The notes below the pieces were generated by a model. It was not told the origin of the DNA. It made no database searches and was given only the letters and a program-made list of their open reading frames with translations. A stretch of DNA of 64,000 bases from Antechinus flavipes (taxonomy: Eukaryota): positions 248,372,001-248,436,000 of the forward strand of contig NC_067403.1 in the NCBI RefSeq assembly GCF_016432865.1, written 5' to 3'. The translations under genes were made by a program, and so were the position numbers. Of the stretch, positions 37,430-50,137 are shown in pieces. Each line of letters opens with the position of its first letter. Position 1 is the first letter of the stretch.

Positions 37430-39600
37430 TAGCCCAATAATATCCACTGTACTTTTACAGATAAAACATGCTTTCTCTATAGTGACCTAGTGCTTGTTGA
37501 TTTGGGCTCAATAAATATCAGATCCCAAATAGAGAATGTGTAGTATCAAAGTGGGTGAGGAAATATTAAAGACTTATTACAGAATTGTGCCTCAGTTACT
37601 TTTTCTGTGAAATCTATGATTGCTTTCAACATGAAGCTTAACACAAACAATTCAAAGTTTCTTACACACCACCAAGACATTTGGGCTCACATAGACATGT
37701 TTCATTCTGAAAAATGATCTACAAAAATGATTGCTCATTCTCTCATTAGCTTATTACTCCTCCAGGAGAGTTGTTCTTGAAAAAAAAAATCAACGTACAC
37801 ATTGACAGCATGACTCATTCTAAATTTTCCCTAATGTGATCAAGAAGCTTCTCTAAATTCTCTAATTTATGAAATACTAGCCAATCTTTATTTAATCCTA
37901 CAGAAAAATCAGTAGATATAAAAATCAAAACAAATTAAAAATGTTGCAGGAATTCCTATTCAGACAGAGAAACACACAAACCACCCAAAGAACCTAATAA
38001 TGGGAATGAAAAAGATATTGAGGTTTTTATCAGGATATTCTGTTGATATTACATGAAAATACCTCTCTTCCACATGACCATTCAAAGTTTTTTCCAGGTC
38101 CTTAGGACCATTTTATATTCCTTCCTATAGGTAGCCATAGTGCAGTGGTATTCTGGAACCAGCTATAAGTGACATGCAAAGGTAATTATATTTTTTTGTG
38201 GAAGCATTTAGATCATACAGATTAATAAATGCTACATTTAGTATTTAAATTATCATCAGTAAATCTAAATTTATTGTTTTGTTGATGATTTAGTTTTTAG
38301 AAAGTGGTAGAAAAATAAGAATGCTGATTAAATTTTAAAGTTTAATGCATATATATTTTTTCTGGATATCTGATTCTCAAGTATTTCTCAGACTTTTAAT
38401 AACCCAATGACACTGGGCATGCACTTTACCTCTATTTGTCTTTACTCTCATCTGTAAAATGGGGACACATTGGGGAAAGAAAAGGTAAACATTTCAGCAC
38501 CATTATGAAGAAAACCTCATGAACAATGTCCATAGGGTCGCATAGAGTTGGACACAACTGATTATAGCAATACTATCACCTCTCTTATTTGGGGCAAATG
38601 GTTTCCCAAAGTGGTTGTTAATGGAATTAGCATTTTTGCTTCCAAATGTATTACTGCCTGGTAGAATAACTAGTAGCCCACTAATATACATTGTTCTTTA
38701 ACAGATGAACTATTACATCTTTACAGTCACCCAATGCCAGGTGATTCGAATGCTCCTCCCCAAAAATCCATTCACAAAAGGACAACAAGTAGTATCAAAG
38801 TGAGGGAAGAAACACCAAAGATCTACAAAATTGGTCTAAGTTGCTTCTTCCATGAAATTGACAATTGTTTTCAACTTGAATTTCAAGTGTTATCCATTTG
38901 AAAGTCCCTCATACTTTTTGGGCTCACATGGACCATGGTTAATCCTGAAAAGTGACCTATAAAAATATTGCTGTCTCTGTTATTCTTTTTAGCTTATTAA
39001 CCCTGAATAGAGTTGTTCCTTAAAAGATAACTTGCCAGCTGATAGTTTAGTATATTCCTATGTTTTTCCCAATATAGTGCAGATGGGTGCAGATGTAAAA
39101 TAATTCTAGTTACCAAATACTGGTCAGCTTTATTTTATCACACAGAAAAAGCAAATGATATTTTAAAAATTATAGGAATCCCTATTTATATAGAACTATA
39201 TAAAGCACCAAAAAAGCCTATTAGCTAGAATAGAATTGATATTGACATGGGCACGAGGATATAGCACTGACATTACAATAATTCATACCTCTCTCATGGG
39301 ATCAAAGTTCTTTCTAGTCTCTTAGGATCATCGTGTAGTTTTATTGCTTCCTAAGGTAGTGTTCTCAAGTCATTTCCAAGTGACACAAAAGAGATAATTG
39401 AGTATGAGAACCTGTGCTGTAGAAATCAAGGATGCTACAAATCAGGACTTAATTCATTGTTTTATTGATGATGTAGAGTTCAGAAAGAGATAGAGAAAAT
39501 AATAACATAGATTAAATTTCTAAAGTGTTATATATTCTTTTTTTTTTCTTGGAGAGTTAGTTTGTAAATATTGACCAGATCACGTATTGTTTAAATCTGC
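37430..39600. repeat. Local ~1.2 kb tandem duplication in the downstream flank of OR-4
   Basis: gtagtatcaaagtg..ttgctttcaac..gggctcacat..attcctatt..MER63-like start occurs at ~37540-38340 and again ~38790-39590; a similar pair at ~53930 and ~54970. Confidence 0.8.
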
Positions 39601-39780
39601 TGAATAAGCAATGCCATTAAAATCAAAGCTATATCTTCAAAGCAATTCATTACTCTTGAAGTAATAGACAGTTTAAAAATTATGTCGCTGGTTTTTCTCT
39701 TTCTAGGAAAATAGATACGATGATTTGCAATTAGATGTGTGTGTGTATGTGTGTGTATGCATATATTTGCTGGCATGTCC

Positions 39781-40008
39781 ATGGAGCAGTGGAAAGAGAC
39801 TGGACATAGAATCAAGAAGAGTCATTTTATGAGTTGAAATAGAGCCTCACTTACTACCTGTATGAGCCTTGGCAGATCTCTTAGCCTTGTGTGGCTCAGT
39901 TCCTTAACTGTGAAATGAGCTGGAGAAAAAAATGGGAAAAAATCCCAGTATATTTGCCAAGAAAATCTTCAAATAGTGCCATAGTGAGTAAGATACAATT
40001 GAACAACA
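39781..40008 (+). mobile_element. MAR1-type SINE with RTE-related tail
   Basis: Same structure and same relative position as 28452-28672. Confidence 0.7.
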
Positions 40009-40314
40009 AGAAGACAACATATACGTATAAAACATGAACATACATATTCATTGCACATAATTATCTTGTAAGATAGGGGATACTTTTAAGGCCCTTTACA
40101 CATGAGGAAACTGAGATTAGAACTTGCCTAGAATTATACAACATGAAAGTTTCTAAGACAATATAATATAAATTCATGTCTCTTCTAGCTTCACATTGCT
40201 GACTTTTTTTTTTGCTACATAAAGTTACTTTTGGATTATATTTTGTGGTACATAAGAAAAAAAATAGCTTGATTTTGCTGACTGGATCCTGAAGGAAAAT
40301 GTAGACTAGATTTT

Positions 40315-41271
40315 CTAAGTAAAAAGATGATCTAATTGAAATCGTTGCCCCCTCACTGCTTTCCTAAAAGCATTCTTGATCTCTTTGTTCCTGAGACTGT
40401 AAACCAGAGGGTTCAACATAGGGATGACCATAGTGTAGAACACTGACCAAACTTTGTCTGAGTCCATTGAATGGCTGGAGCTGGGTTGCAGGTACATGAA
40501 GATGATTGTGCCATAAAATATAGACACTGCTGTGAGATGGGAAGCACAGGTGGAGAAGGCTTTCTGGCGGCCTTCAGCAGAATGGATCTTCAAGATGGCG
40601 ATGAAGATTAGCAAGTAAGAAGTAAAGATGACAAGAATAGTGAAAAAAGCATTGAATGACCCTAAGATGAAGATTACTAATTCAATTATGTGAATATCAG
40701 AACAAGAGAGAACTAGGAGAGGAGGAATATCACAGAAAAAGTGATGGATCACATTGGATCTACAAAAGGAAAGGCTAAATGTGTTTCCTGTGATTACGGA
40801 GGAGGCCAGAAAACCATAGATAGAAGCACCACTGGCCAGAAAGGCACATATTCTTGAAGTCATGGTAGTGGTGTAATGTAGAGGCTTACATACAGCTGCA
40901 TGGCGATCATAGGCCATGGAGGCTAACAGGTAACTTTCAGTAGTAACAAAGGCTCCAAAAAAGAACAGCTGTGCTGCACATCCATTATAGGAGATGACCT
41001 TCCTCCCGGTGAGAAGCCCAGCCATCACCTTGGGAGTAATAGTTGAAGAGTAGCCAAAATCTACCAGAGAGAGGTTACTGAGGAAAAAGTACATGGGAGT
41101 GTGGAGGTGGGAATCCCAGGAGATTAGAGCTACTATGCCCAGGTTCCCTGTCAGGGTGATGAGGTAAATGAAGGTGAATATGATGAAGAGGGGAACCTGA
41201 AGTTCTGGAACATCTGTTAATCCTGTAAGGATGAACTCATTCACTTCTGATCTGTTCTCCATTGATGTCAT
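40315..41271 (-). CDS. OR5B: Olfactory receptor OR5B-like (OR-4), 318 aa
   Basis: Intact ORF with all canonical OR motifs; TM7 start DKVWSVFY. Confidence 0.94.
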   Translation of the reverse strand: MTSMENRSEVNEFILTGLTDVPELQVPLFIIFTFIYLITLTGNLGIVALISWDSHLHTPMYFFLSNLSLVDFGYSSTITPKVMAGLLTGRKVISYNGCAAQLFFFGAFVTTESYLLASMAYDRHAAVCKPLHYTTTMTSRICAFLASGASIYGFLASSVITGNTFSLSFCRSNVIHHFFCDIPPLLVLSCSDIHIIELVIFILGSFNAFFTILVIFTSYLLIFIAILKIHSAEGRQKAFSTCASHLTAVSIFYGTIIFMYLQPSSSHSMDSDKVWSVFYTMVIPMLNPLVYSLRNKEIKNAFRKAVRGQRFQLDHLFT

Positions 41272-42139
41272 TTGAGTGTGACATAAATCACCTGAAATAA
41301 ATAATAATAATAATAGTAACCTTCAGAAAAATTCACACTGAATGAAGAATCACTCTTGGACATAAATATGGAGAGAATTTTCTTATGTAAGGGCTAGAAA
41401 TAAGCAATCAAGAGCCCCAAAACATCTAAGTAGTTGTCATAACAGTTAACATAAGTCTCTAAAATTCACTCATTCATTTTTCCATAAAGAGAAAAGTCTC
41501 TGATGTATTACTTCTCATTTAAAAAATATATTACAAACTTACCAAACCCCGGAATGGCATTTCATACTTAAGAAAGGGAAATGCCATATTCTTTGATTAA
41601 AATCTGCAGGAAAATGGAAATTATTATTGGTCTGGAATTTTTCTGATGAATATGCTTCATTCTATTGAAGCAGAGAAAAAAGTGGAATAAAGGAGGAGAA
41701 GAACTAAATAAGAATAAAGTTTAAAAAAAACTGAGAGAAGGAAAGAGAACATCAATGAATATTAGCCAAGAATTCACTGGAATCTTAATTCTGAATTAAT
41801 TGTAGTGTTAATTGTAGTACATGTAGTGTAGCTTATGCACTTCACTGAAGTCACTCTCTGAGAAGGAACAGTTGTCAGTTGGATATCAGTTATATAGTTG
41901 TGGGAATCAAAAGACCACTTAATAAATGTATGATTTCTAAATTTATTTCCTTCACACAGCCTGTCCTTTTTTTTTTCCAATTCTCCCCATTGCTACTGTA
42001 TAAACAGAAGGTGGTCAGAAACAGAGATAGTTTACCCTTTTATTCACTATATGCTTTGGAGGTCTCAGAGAAATCTCCAATTTTGGAGTTGACTTCCTTC
42101 AAGTTTGAGCTAAAATCTCACCAACAGGAAGGCTTTCTT

Positions 42140-42806
42140 TTTTTATTAAAGCTCTTTCTTTTCAAAACAGGATAATTTTCAACATTCACCCTTGCAAAAC
42201 CTTGTGATCCAATATTTGCTCCTCCCTCAACCCCTCCCCAGATGGCAAGTTCCAATGTTAAACATTAAACTCCCAGTTTTCTCATATCGCCTCTCATCAT
42301 TATCTTTTCCTGTCATCTTAGCCAATCTAAGATATAAGTAGTGATACCTTAAAGTTGTCTTATTTTGCATTTTTCTAATCAATAATGATTTAGAGCACCT
42401 TTTCATATGACTAGAAATGGTTTAAACTTCATCTAAAAATTGTCTGTATCCTTTGACCATTCATCAATTGGAGAATGGCTTGAATTCTTATAAATCTGAG
42501 CCAATTCTCTATATATTTAGAAATAAGACCTTTATCAGAGCTTATGGATGGATATTTTCCCCAGTTTATTACTTCCCTTCTAATCTTCTCTGCACTGGTT
42601 TTGTTTGTACAAAAGCTTTTTAACTTAATATAATCAAAATGATCCATTTTGTATTCAATAATGTACTCCAGGTCTTCTTTGACCACAAATTCCTGCCTTC
42701 TCCATAGATCCAAGAGGTTAGCTGTTCTTTGTTCTTGTAATTTGCTTATAATATCAATATTTACATTTAAATCACAAACTCATTTCGACCTTATCTTGGT
42801 ATAGAG
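42140..42806 (-). mobile_element. Older 5'-truncated L1 with an internal deletion
   Basis: T-rich tail and 3'UTR (42140-42265) jump directly to ORF2 sequence homologous to ~63080-63625; degenerate TSD CAGGAAGGCTTTCTT / CAGGCAATCTTTCTT (42125-42139 / 42807-42821). Confidence 0.85.
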
Positions 42807-45104
42807 CAGGCAATCTTTCTTAATCTATTGATATCCATTTTATTGGCTTCCCTCTTTTGTTTATCTCTAATTTATTCTGTAGTTAGCTTGTTTGTAAACT
42901 TACATTTGCATGTTATTTGAATAGAGGTTATGAACTCTTTGGAATCAAGAAATATATTTTACCTTCATATTCTCAGTGCTTAGCATGGTTCTGGACACAT
43001 AGCAGTTACTCAATAAATGTTTATGTATTCACTAATTTGACATTAGTCAATTATAATGTTTCAAGTAAGCAAAGATGGTCTTTGGGCATCTGACAAATAC
43101 AAAGTCTATTCACAGTTACCACTTCAAGCCTTTACAGCTTGGAAAGACCTGACACAATTTTACATCACTTACTTAGTCTAAGAATGCTTAGCATTATGTA
43201 CTATGTATAGTAGGAACACTATGAACTATTAGAAGTTCTCAAGTAAATTATAAATAGCCTATGATATGCTATCTATTTTACTTTGAATCTATATTTTTAA
43301 GAAGAAGAGAGTGCTTCTACATCATCATGGTTCCTCAGACATCATCTATTTCAAATCTTATCTGAGCAGGAGTCATCTATATCAAAACTTGTCAAAAGTA
43401 ATGAAAGATTGGAAATGAAGAAGAGCACATAAAGAAAGAAGAATGAAAGATAAGAGATATTTAGCAAGATAAATTAGAAACTTTAATCCATGAAAATCAA
43501 TACAGTTGCCAAGGTATCACTGAGGGATAGGACTCAACCCTGGAATATGGTTTGGGGAAGGTTTTCTCCTTATTTGAATGAAATAGGATAGATGACAGAA
43601 ATTATTATGATATTTTTAAACTGAGAAAATATAATAACATAAAAAAATTCAGGAAGCACAGTAGGAAAATGTAGTGGGAAGCATTTGTATTGATATCAGT
43701 ATAAGTGTATTGGGAATCTTCAATTAAAAGGCCATCTGCTAAAATGTTCTCTTCAATTCTGTCTCTATTATTCTGTTTCTCAATACCTTTTTCTGTCTCT
43801 GTCTCTCCTCTGTCTCTGTCTCTGTCTGTCTGTTTCTCTGTGTGTATCTGCATTTCGACATATTCCTCACTATCGCTTTCTCTGTTTTTCTTCTCTGCTT
43901 TCCCCTGTGTGTCATTTTTATATACCTATTTATCTAACTAGCTAGCTATTGTTGTCCCTCTCCACAAAGAACAGGTAATGATTTCTTAAGGAAAATGGTA
44001 GCTTTATCATAAAAAGTTCAAAATGAAGGAACAAATATAAGAAAAATTCAACCTTGTATTTTATTCTTATAAACCATGAGGGATTATTAGGTAGTATCAA
44101 AATAATATTACAAGAGTAGGGGATAAGCACTTAAATTGTCCTAAAGTTTGATTTAGATTAAAAAAAGGAAAACTAGCAATTAACAGTAATGGACAATATA
44201 TTTGGGGAGTGTCAATTCCAGGCAATTTAGAGGAAGGATAAAGTAGAATCCTATGGATTAATTAGGATATTTAAACTTGCAGAATCATTAGAATGATTTC
44301 AACATGAAATTTTGAAGATACAAGAAGGAATATTGACAATTAGGCAGACAGATATAAAAAAATAACTGCAGAAAAGAAAAAAAAATCAGAGAGGTGACCA
44401 AGGATGAATGCAAATCAGATCCCACCATGCACTAAGTTGAGGAGTATCAGGGCTCAAGATGAACTAAGGGAAGTCCAGAAAGCTAAAGACTGACTACAAA
44501 TTGGTGGATGTTTTAATTAAAAATTAGTTATTTTGGAAAACAAAAAGAAAAATCAAATAAGGAACTGGACTGAATCTCAAGAATAATGAGACAAATACTA
44601 TGAATGATAATAAAGGCAGACCTGCTGAATTTGTATTTTACTTTTATTTCTGACAAAAAGAATGATCTTTGTATTTAAAAGAACAGAACACATAAGAGAT
44701 GATACCAAAGATAAGAACTAGCACCTGTGTTAATGAAGAGAAGAGAAGAAGCATTTATATAACTTCAATTATATGCCAACCACTGTGCTACACTTTATAA
44801 ATATGATCTTACTTGATTCTAACAAGTCTGTTCACTTCCTCATTTTAAAGTTGAGGAAACTGAGGTAAAAAAAAAAGTAGTTGAGTGATTCAGTCATAGT
44901 CATACATTAAATGTCTATGACTGTATTTGTAGTCAGGATTTGCTTGCTCCAGTCCCAATTGCTCTATCCACTCTACCACAGCGGCTTCTTTAAAATTTGC
45001 AAAGTAGTTTAAGTACATTGGGATATTTGATTTTCACAACAACTTTTTGACACACATGGCAAGTAAGAAAAACAAATTGACTTCATGCTGCAGAAAGAGA
45101 AGTA

Positions 45105-45540
45105 GTATCCAGGCACAGAGAGGTGATTGACTCTGAACATTTGGAGTAACAAGTCAATTATGAGTTCCACACTTTAGGAAGAACACTGATAGGTTGCAGA
45201 TTTTCCTGAAGAGTTCAGCAAGGATGGAGAAGAAATTTGAAATCTCACTTTACTAGAATTGATGGAAGGAAATGAGGGTGTTTGGTATAGATAAAAATAG
45301 TCAGGGAAGGGATTAGAATTGAAATTATTTTCATGTCTATAGGACTGATACATGAAGGAAGGATTTGGTTTATTTTATTTGTACCCAAAGGGAAGAACCA
45401 AGAGGAAAGGTTAGAAGTGGAAGTAGAAATAAACTTAAGTTTGGTATAAGGAAATTATTTCAAAAAATGTTGCTATAGAGAACTGGAAGGGACTGTGTTA
45501 ACATGTACTGGATTTCCCCCCATTCAGGGAAGGGCTAGTT
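45105..45540 (+). mobile_element. CR1/L3 3' fragment
   Basis: Paralogous to 7785-8250. Confidence 0.65.
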
Positions 45541-45546
45541 GAGTTC

Positions 45547-45551
<5 letters not shown>

Positions 45552-45595
<44 letters not shown>
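45552..45595. repeat. Compound (TC)n(CA)n microsatellite
   Basis: Directly visible. Confidence 0.95.
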
Positions 45596-47736
45596 GAGGG
45601 ATTAGATATTAGAGGGGTTGACACAGAGACAGAAAAGGTTTATTTCTCATTTTATGAAATAAATTGACACCTGTGAGTTTTTATTGTTGTTGTGACCATG
45701 GACAAGTCATCTCATCTCAGAAAAGTTCATTCAAAAGTTAAAAAAAACAAAACAAAACAAACAAAAAAAAGGATAAAAACAATGGCACCTATATTACAGG
45801 GCTATCCTGAGTATTAAAGTAGACAATTCTGTAAAATGCTTTGAAAACCGTAAAACTCTATAAAAGCATTTCTCTACTATTATTCAATTAACAGTACTGC
45901 TACTATCTATCTTACCTTTCACAAATGCTTTAGGTTATTTTAGTCCTAGGATATTATGAACCTAAACTTGATCATTGATTTAAAAAAAAAGGCATTATAC
46001 TTGATGGTCTCTGTGGTTCTTTCCATTTCTGTATTGATAATCCTATGGCATTTTTAAGTCATATCAATTTTCAAAATATACGATATTCTTTATAACACTA
46101 TATTGAAAGAACATTTTTCTAATGTGGTTAATGTGAGACTGATAGATAAGGACAAAGTACATGAATAAAAATTTATCTCAGATTTTTAGAGCAGTGGAAA
46201 ATAATCTATTTTTATAAATAATAACAAGTATTTTCTACTGACAATAAGAACTATTTTAAGTAAGAAATAAACAATCAATTTAGAATAAGGATTTTTAGTA
46301 ATATTTGTCTCACATAGCAGTGTACCATTTTTAAATTGATACTATGGAATAAAATATAGATATAGTCTCTGAAAATCATTTTCACTGATTACTCAAGTTC
46401 AGATGCTCTTGAGTTCCCTCATCTTGAGTGAGCCATCTTCTGTCACTAATGATGATAAAATTATTTGTTTTCTATTCAGAAATGGTCAGGTGTTTGATAT
46501 ATAGAACTCTCTTGGAAAGATTATTAATTAGGAGTTGGAAGACTTGGCTTCTAATCTTGCTTGGATATTCACTTCTTTGTTCTGTTATATTATGGAAGTT
46601 AGTCAATCTTTGTGCACCTTTCTGCTCATTTTGAAAATGGGAATGATATTTCTTAGAGTATAGATGTTGCACAGTGGTTGTAAGGAGAGTGTCAAGTATT
46701 TAGTGGTATAGACTGGTACAGATTGTTTGGCTTTTATGTGACAATTGATGAACAGATGTTCTGAGAAATGCAAAGAGAAGAGAATAGAGGTGTTACTAGA
46801 CTACAAAGTATTCTTATACCAATATGGTATAGTGGAGAGAGCTTTGATAGAAGAAATGGATTTAATTTCCACATCAGACCCTTTTAAGTATGTTATGTCT
46901 GGAATCACTTACATCAATCAGCCCCAATTTACTTATCTGCAAAAGGGGAAAGGGCATCATAGTGATAGAATTTCTTTCAAATAGTTGTTGGGAGATTCAA
47001 ATAAGAATGTTGAAACTTTTTAAATGTTACATTAATGTGAGCTATTATGATTCATTGTAAAGACTCTATCTCACCTAAATCTTCTTCTCAAAATGCTCCC
47101 TTAATTTTGCAATGCAGTGCTTTAAACATATTATTAAATTATGTGTTCATTTGGTTCATATAATCATCATATCTCAAATGACACCTTCAATTCCTGAGGG
47201 ATGATAAGCTTAGGAATCTGCAAATAGTGGATTACAACAGGTGTTTATAGAGATGTTATATGTGTGTGTATAACTTCCATATATGCTCTCATTTGAGCCC
47301 TAACATAGTCTAATAAAAACTATAATTGTTATTATGCAATGTTAATGGACAAGGAAATGGAAGGCAAGATACTTACCCATGGTGAAAGTCAATCACTATC
47401 TGATATACAGCAGGTTTTTATGCAAGTCTTCCTGTTTCCAGGTGCACCAATGCTTCTACTATCCCATTTTGGTGGCTACATGAGCACTACAATGTTGAAC
47501 TGAACATCCTAGAATTTAGGTGACTTGATTAGGGAGAAAGATGAATAGGACTCCAAAGAGATGTAGCCCAGAACTTTATATTGAAGCATTGATCCAGAAG
47601 TCCCAGTTCTATGAAGCATATGATCCTATTGGAGAAACTCCTCTCTAGTCACAGGAACAAAAAGTTCAATGGTAGAGTGATCACTGTTGTCATTCTTTTG
47701 GCATGGCTGTCAGTATAGTATAGCAATGTTCATCTT

Positions 47737-48015
47737 ACCCTTCATTCAGCTCATCCAAAGCAAACCAAAAAGGAACCAAATGAATAAATAAATGACTCCA
47801 GGAGTTTAATCCACAAAATGCTACCTTAGCTATGAATCCTATAATGGAACTTTTAATGTCAGTGGCAGAAGTCAGGGATGAGGTATGGACCTTATACAGA
47901 CCTGCAAACCCTGTAGCTCTTGGGAGGGGGGTGGCCCTTAGAGATACCTGGCAGCTCTGCTGCCACCTCTTAAACAAAACAAGTCATTAAAATCTTCTCT
48001 AGCCACAGGGAAAAC
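47737..48015 (-). promoter_or_regulatory. Candidate OR-4 promoter/exon 1
   Basis: O/E-like 47917-47926 and 47934-47943, TTTTAATGA (47984-47992), donor AAGG|GTAAGA at 47738. Confidence 0.58.
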
Positions 48016-48194
48016 CATTTCATTTTGTATTCTTTCACATTCTTAACTTGTTAGCAAAATGAGTTAGAAATGGCCCGGCTAAAGCCAATGACAAAAGCTG
48101 GATAATAGTTCTGCTTTTACCATCTACTAGATAGGTGACATTGGCCAAAACACTGAACATCTTCAAGTCTCAATTTATCCTTTGAAAGAGATGT

Positions 48195-48650
48195 TAACAC
48201 AAGACATACATAGAAGAAATAATTTTGATTTAGAAAAAAGAACAAGAAGAGGAAAGAGAAAGTAAAATGGGACCCATTAGATCACACAAAGAGACATAGG
48301 AGATCTATTACAGTAGATCTCCCTTCGGAGGGGGATGAGCATTGTCTGAAGCTTAATTTCAACAGTTTTGGTTCTAAGAGGGAATAACTTAATCATTCAG
48401 TTGGGAATACAAATATGTCTAACTCTGTAAAGAAATAGGAAGATAAAGAGGAAAGAAAAGGGAAAGCGTGGATGGAAGGGAGGGCAGAAATACTGGGGAA
48501 AGAAAGATAAGAGAAGGAAGAAGGGTGATTGAAGATAAGGTAGTAATGGGGGTTAGGTTAAAAAACACTAGTAAGAGAAGGGGAAGGGATGATAGAAAAA
48601 GAACAAAATGAAAGTATTTGCTCATATAAATATGATGCAGAAATGGTAGT
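48195..48650 (+). mobile_element. Old L1 inter-ORF fragment
   Basis: ggggatgagcattgtctgaagctta..aagagggaataac..cattcagttggg..purine-rich tract matches the marsupial L1 ORF1-ORF2 linker as I recall it. Confidence 0.6.
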
Positions 48651-49014
48651 AGAATTTATAAAGTCTTTTGCATGAAATAAATGCATTTATCATATATATA
48701 AATTTTGATATCTAATTAAATATGTGTAATTTTAGATATCTAGAACAAGAATTATTTACTTTTTTACTGATCAACTGATTTTTGACCAACAAATAATTAT
48801 TAAGGAACTGCTAGTTACCAGGAATTGTTCTGTCTGAATGCCAGAAATAAAAAAGGAATAAAATGATAGTTCCTGCTCTCAAGAAGAAGAGTACTAAATA
48901 ATACATGCACCGGACATTCAATTGTATATATTGCTTTGTTTTTTAAACAATATTTATATTTAAACTCATCTTGGCAGAGAATGAATTTCTTCATATTTTA
49001 TTTTGGTCTCTTAG

Positions 49015-49105
49015 AGGCAGTTCTTTGGTACATTGGACAGAGCACTGGATTTGAAGTCAGTAATATCTGAGTTCAAATCCAACCTCAGAGACACACAACC
49101 TCTTC
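49015..49105 (+). mobile_element. SINE 5' fragment
   Basis: gaggcag..ggacagagcactggatttgaagtcag..ctgagttcaaatccaacctcaga. Confidence 0.65.
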
Positions 49106-49479
49106 CCTCAACCTTGTAATCAAATCGCCACCTCTATTATCTCTGAACCAACAATAGAGCCCTATTGTCCCACTCATTGTATTTGTGATTCTGCACACTA
49201 ATGTCTCCAGGTAGAGTTACACTCACAGAGTACTTTTAGACTTCTGAAGCACTTTAGATATATCATCTTATTTTATTCTAACAACAACATTCTGATTTTA
49301 CAGATGAAGAAACAGGCTGGGAGGGGTTAAGTGAATTGGCCAAATTTACATAGCTGGCTAAGGATTGTAGTAGCATTCAACCTTTAGTCTTCTCATTTTC
49401 AGTTTCAGATTTTAACTTCCATTTGATCAAGCTATTTATTAAATCATAAACTTTTGAAAGGTAGGGCTGACTGAGGGGA

Positions 49480-50137
49480 GAGTCTTCACTAATAGTCTCT
49501 GCGTTATTGCTATGTGCATGTGTAATACCTCCCATGCTGATGGGCTTGTGCATAATAAGACCCTTCCTTCAGCCCAGAAAACTGCTAGCAACCCCCACTT
49601 CCCTTTGGTGCTTTTCATCTCCCTTCCTGAGATGTCAGGGAGGGCATAATCATCTCCTTTTTAGTGCTTTCACCTCCCTTCCTGAGAAGTCAGAGAGGGT
49701 GTGATCACCTCCCCTTGGGAGCTCTGACCTCCCTGAGGAGTCAGGGATGGCATGACCACCTATATTCTAAAACAAAAGAAAGCGGGAAATGTAATGGGCT
49801 GAAGCTTGAGTTGATGCACTAAGGTCCCAAGTACATGAGGCTAAATAGTAATTGGACCATACTCTATTAATATATATGCTTGGAGAAAGAATGGCCCCAC
49901 CTACTCTTTGTGCAAGTCCCAATGTGTTGCATAGGAAATGACGATTTTGGTAGGTGAAGGCAGAGGGGTTGAGAGAGGAAGCAAAAAGAGACTGATGGCT
50001 GGTTCCTGTTGCAGCTGCTCACATTGCTATCATGATCCCCCTTCACCTCCGGTTCCCCTTCACCTCTACTGAGAATAAAGATTGAATATTTTCTGAATTC
50101 CTGACTCCGGCTGATTTTAACATATGCAGTCATCACA
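49480..50137 (+). mobile_element. Orphan ERV 3' end: env TM tail, repeat array, PPT and 3' LTR
   Basis: SSLIVSALLLCACVIPPMLMGL (cf. LLLACVIFPMLMDL of the other provirus), PPT AAAAGAAAGCGGGAAA (~49774-49789), LTR TGTAAT..ATCACA 49790-50137 of the same family as 2444-2848; no 5' LTR or TSD found. Confidence 0.85.

Noticed and set aside
48299-48322. 9 bp inverted repeat GGAGATCTA..TAGATCTCC
   Set aside because: Short, within an old L1 fragment, compatible with chance.
49600-49760. Repeat array as CRISPR-like
   Set aside because: Only three degenerate contiguous copies, no unique spacers, inside a vertebrate ERV.
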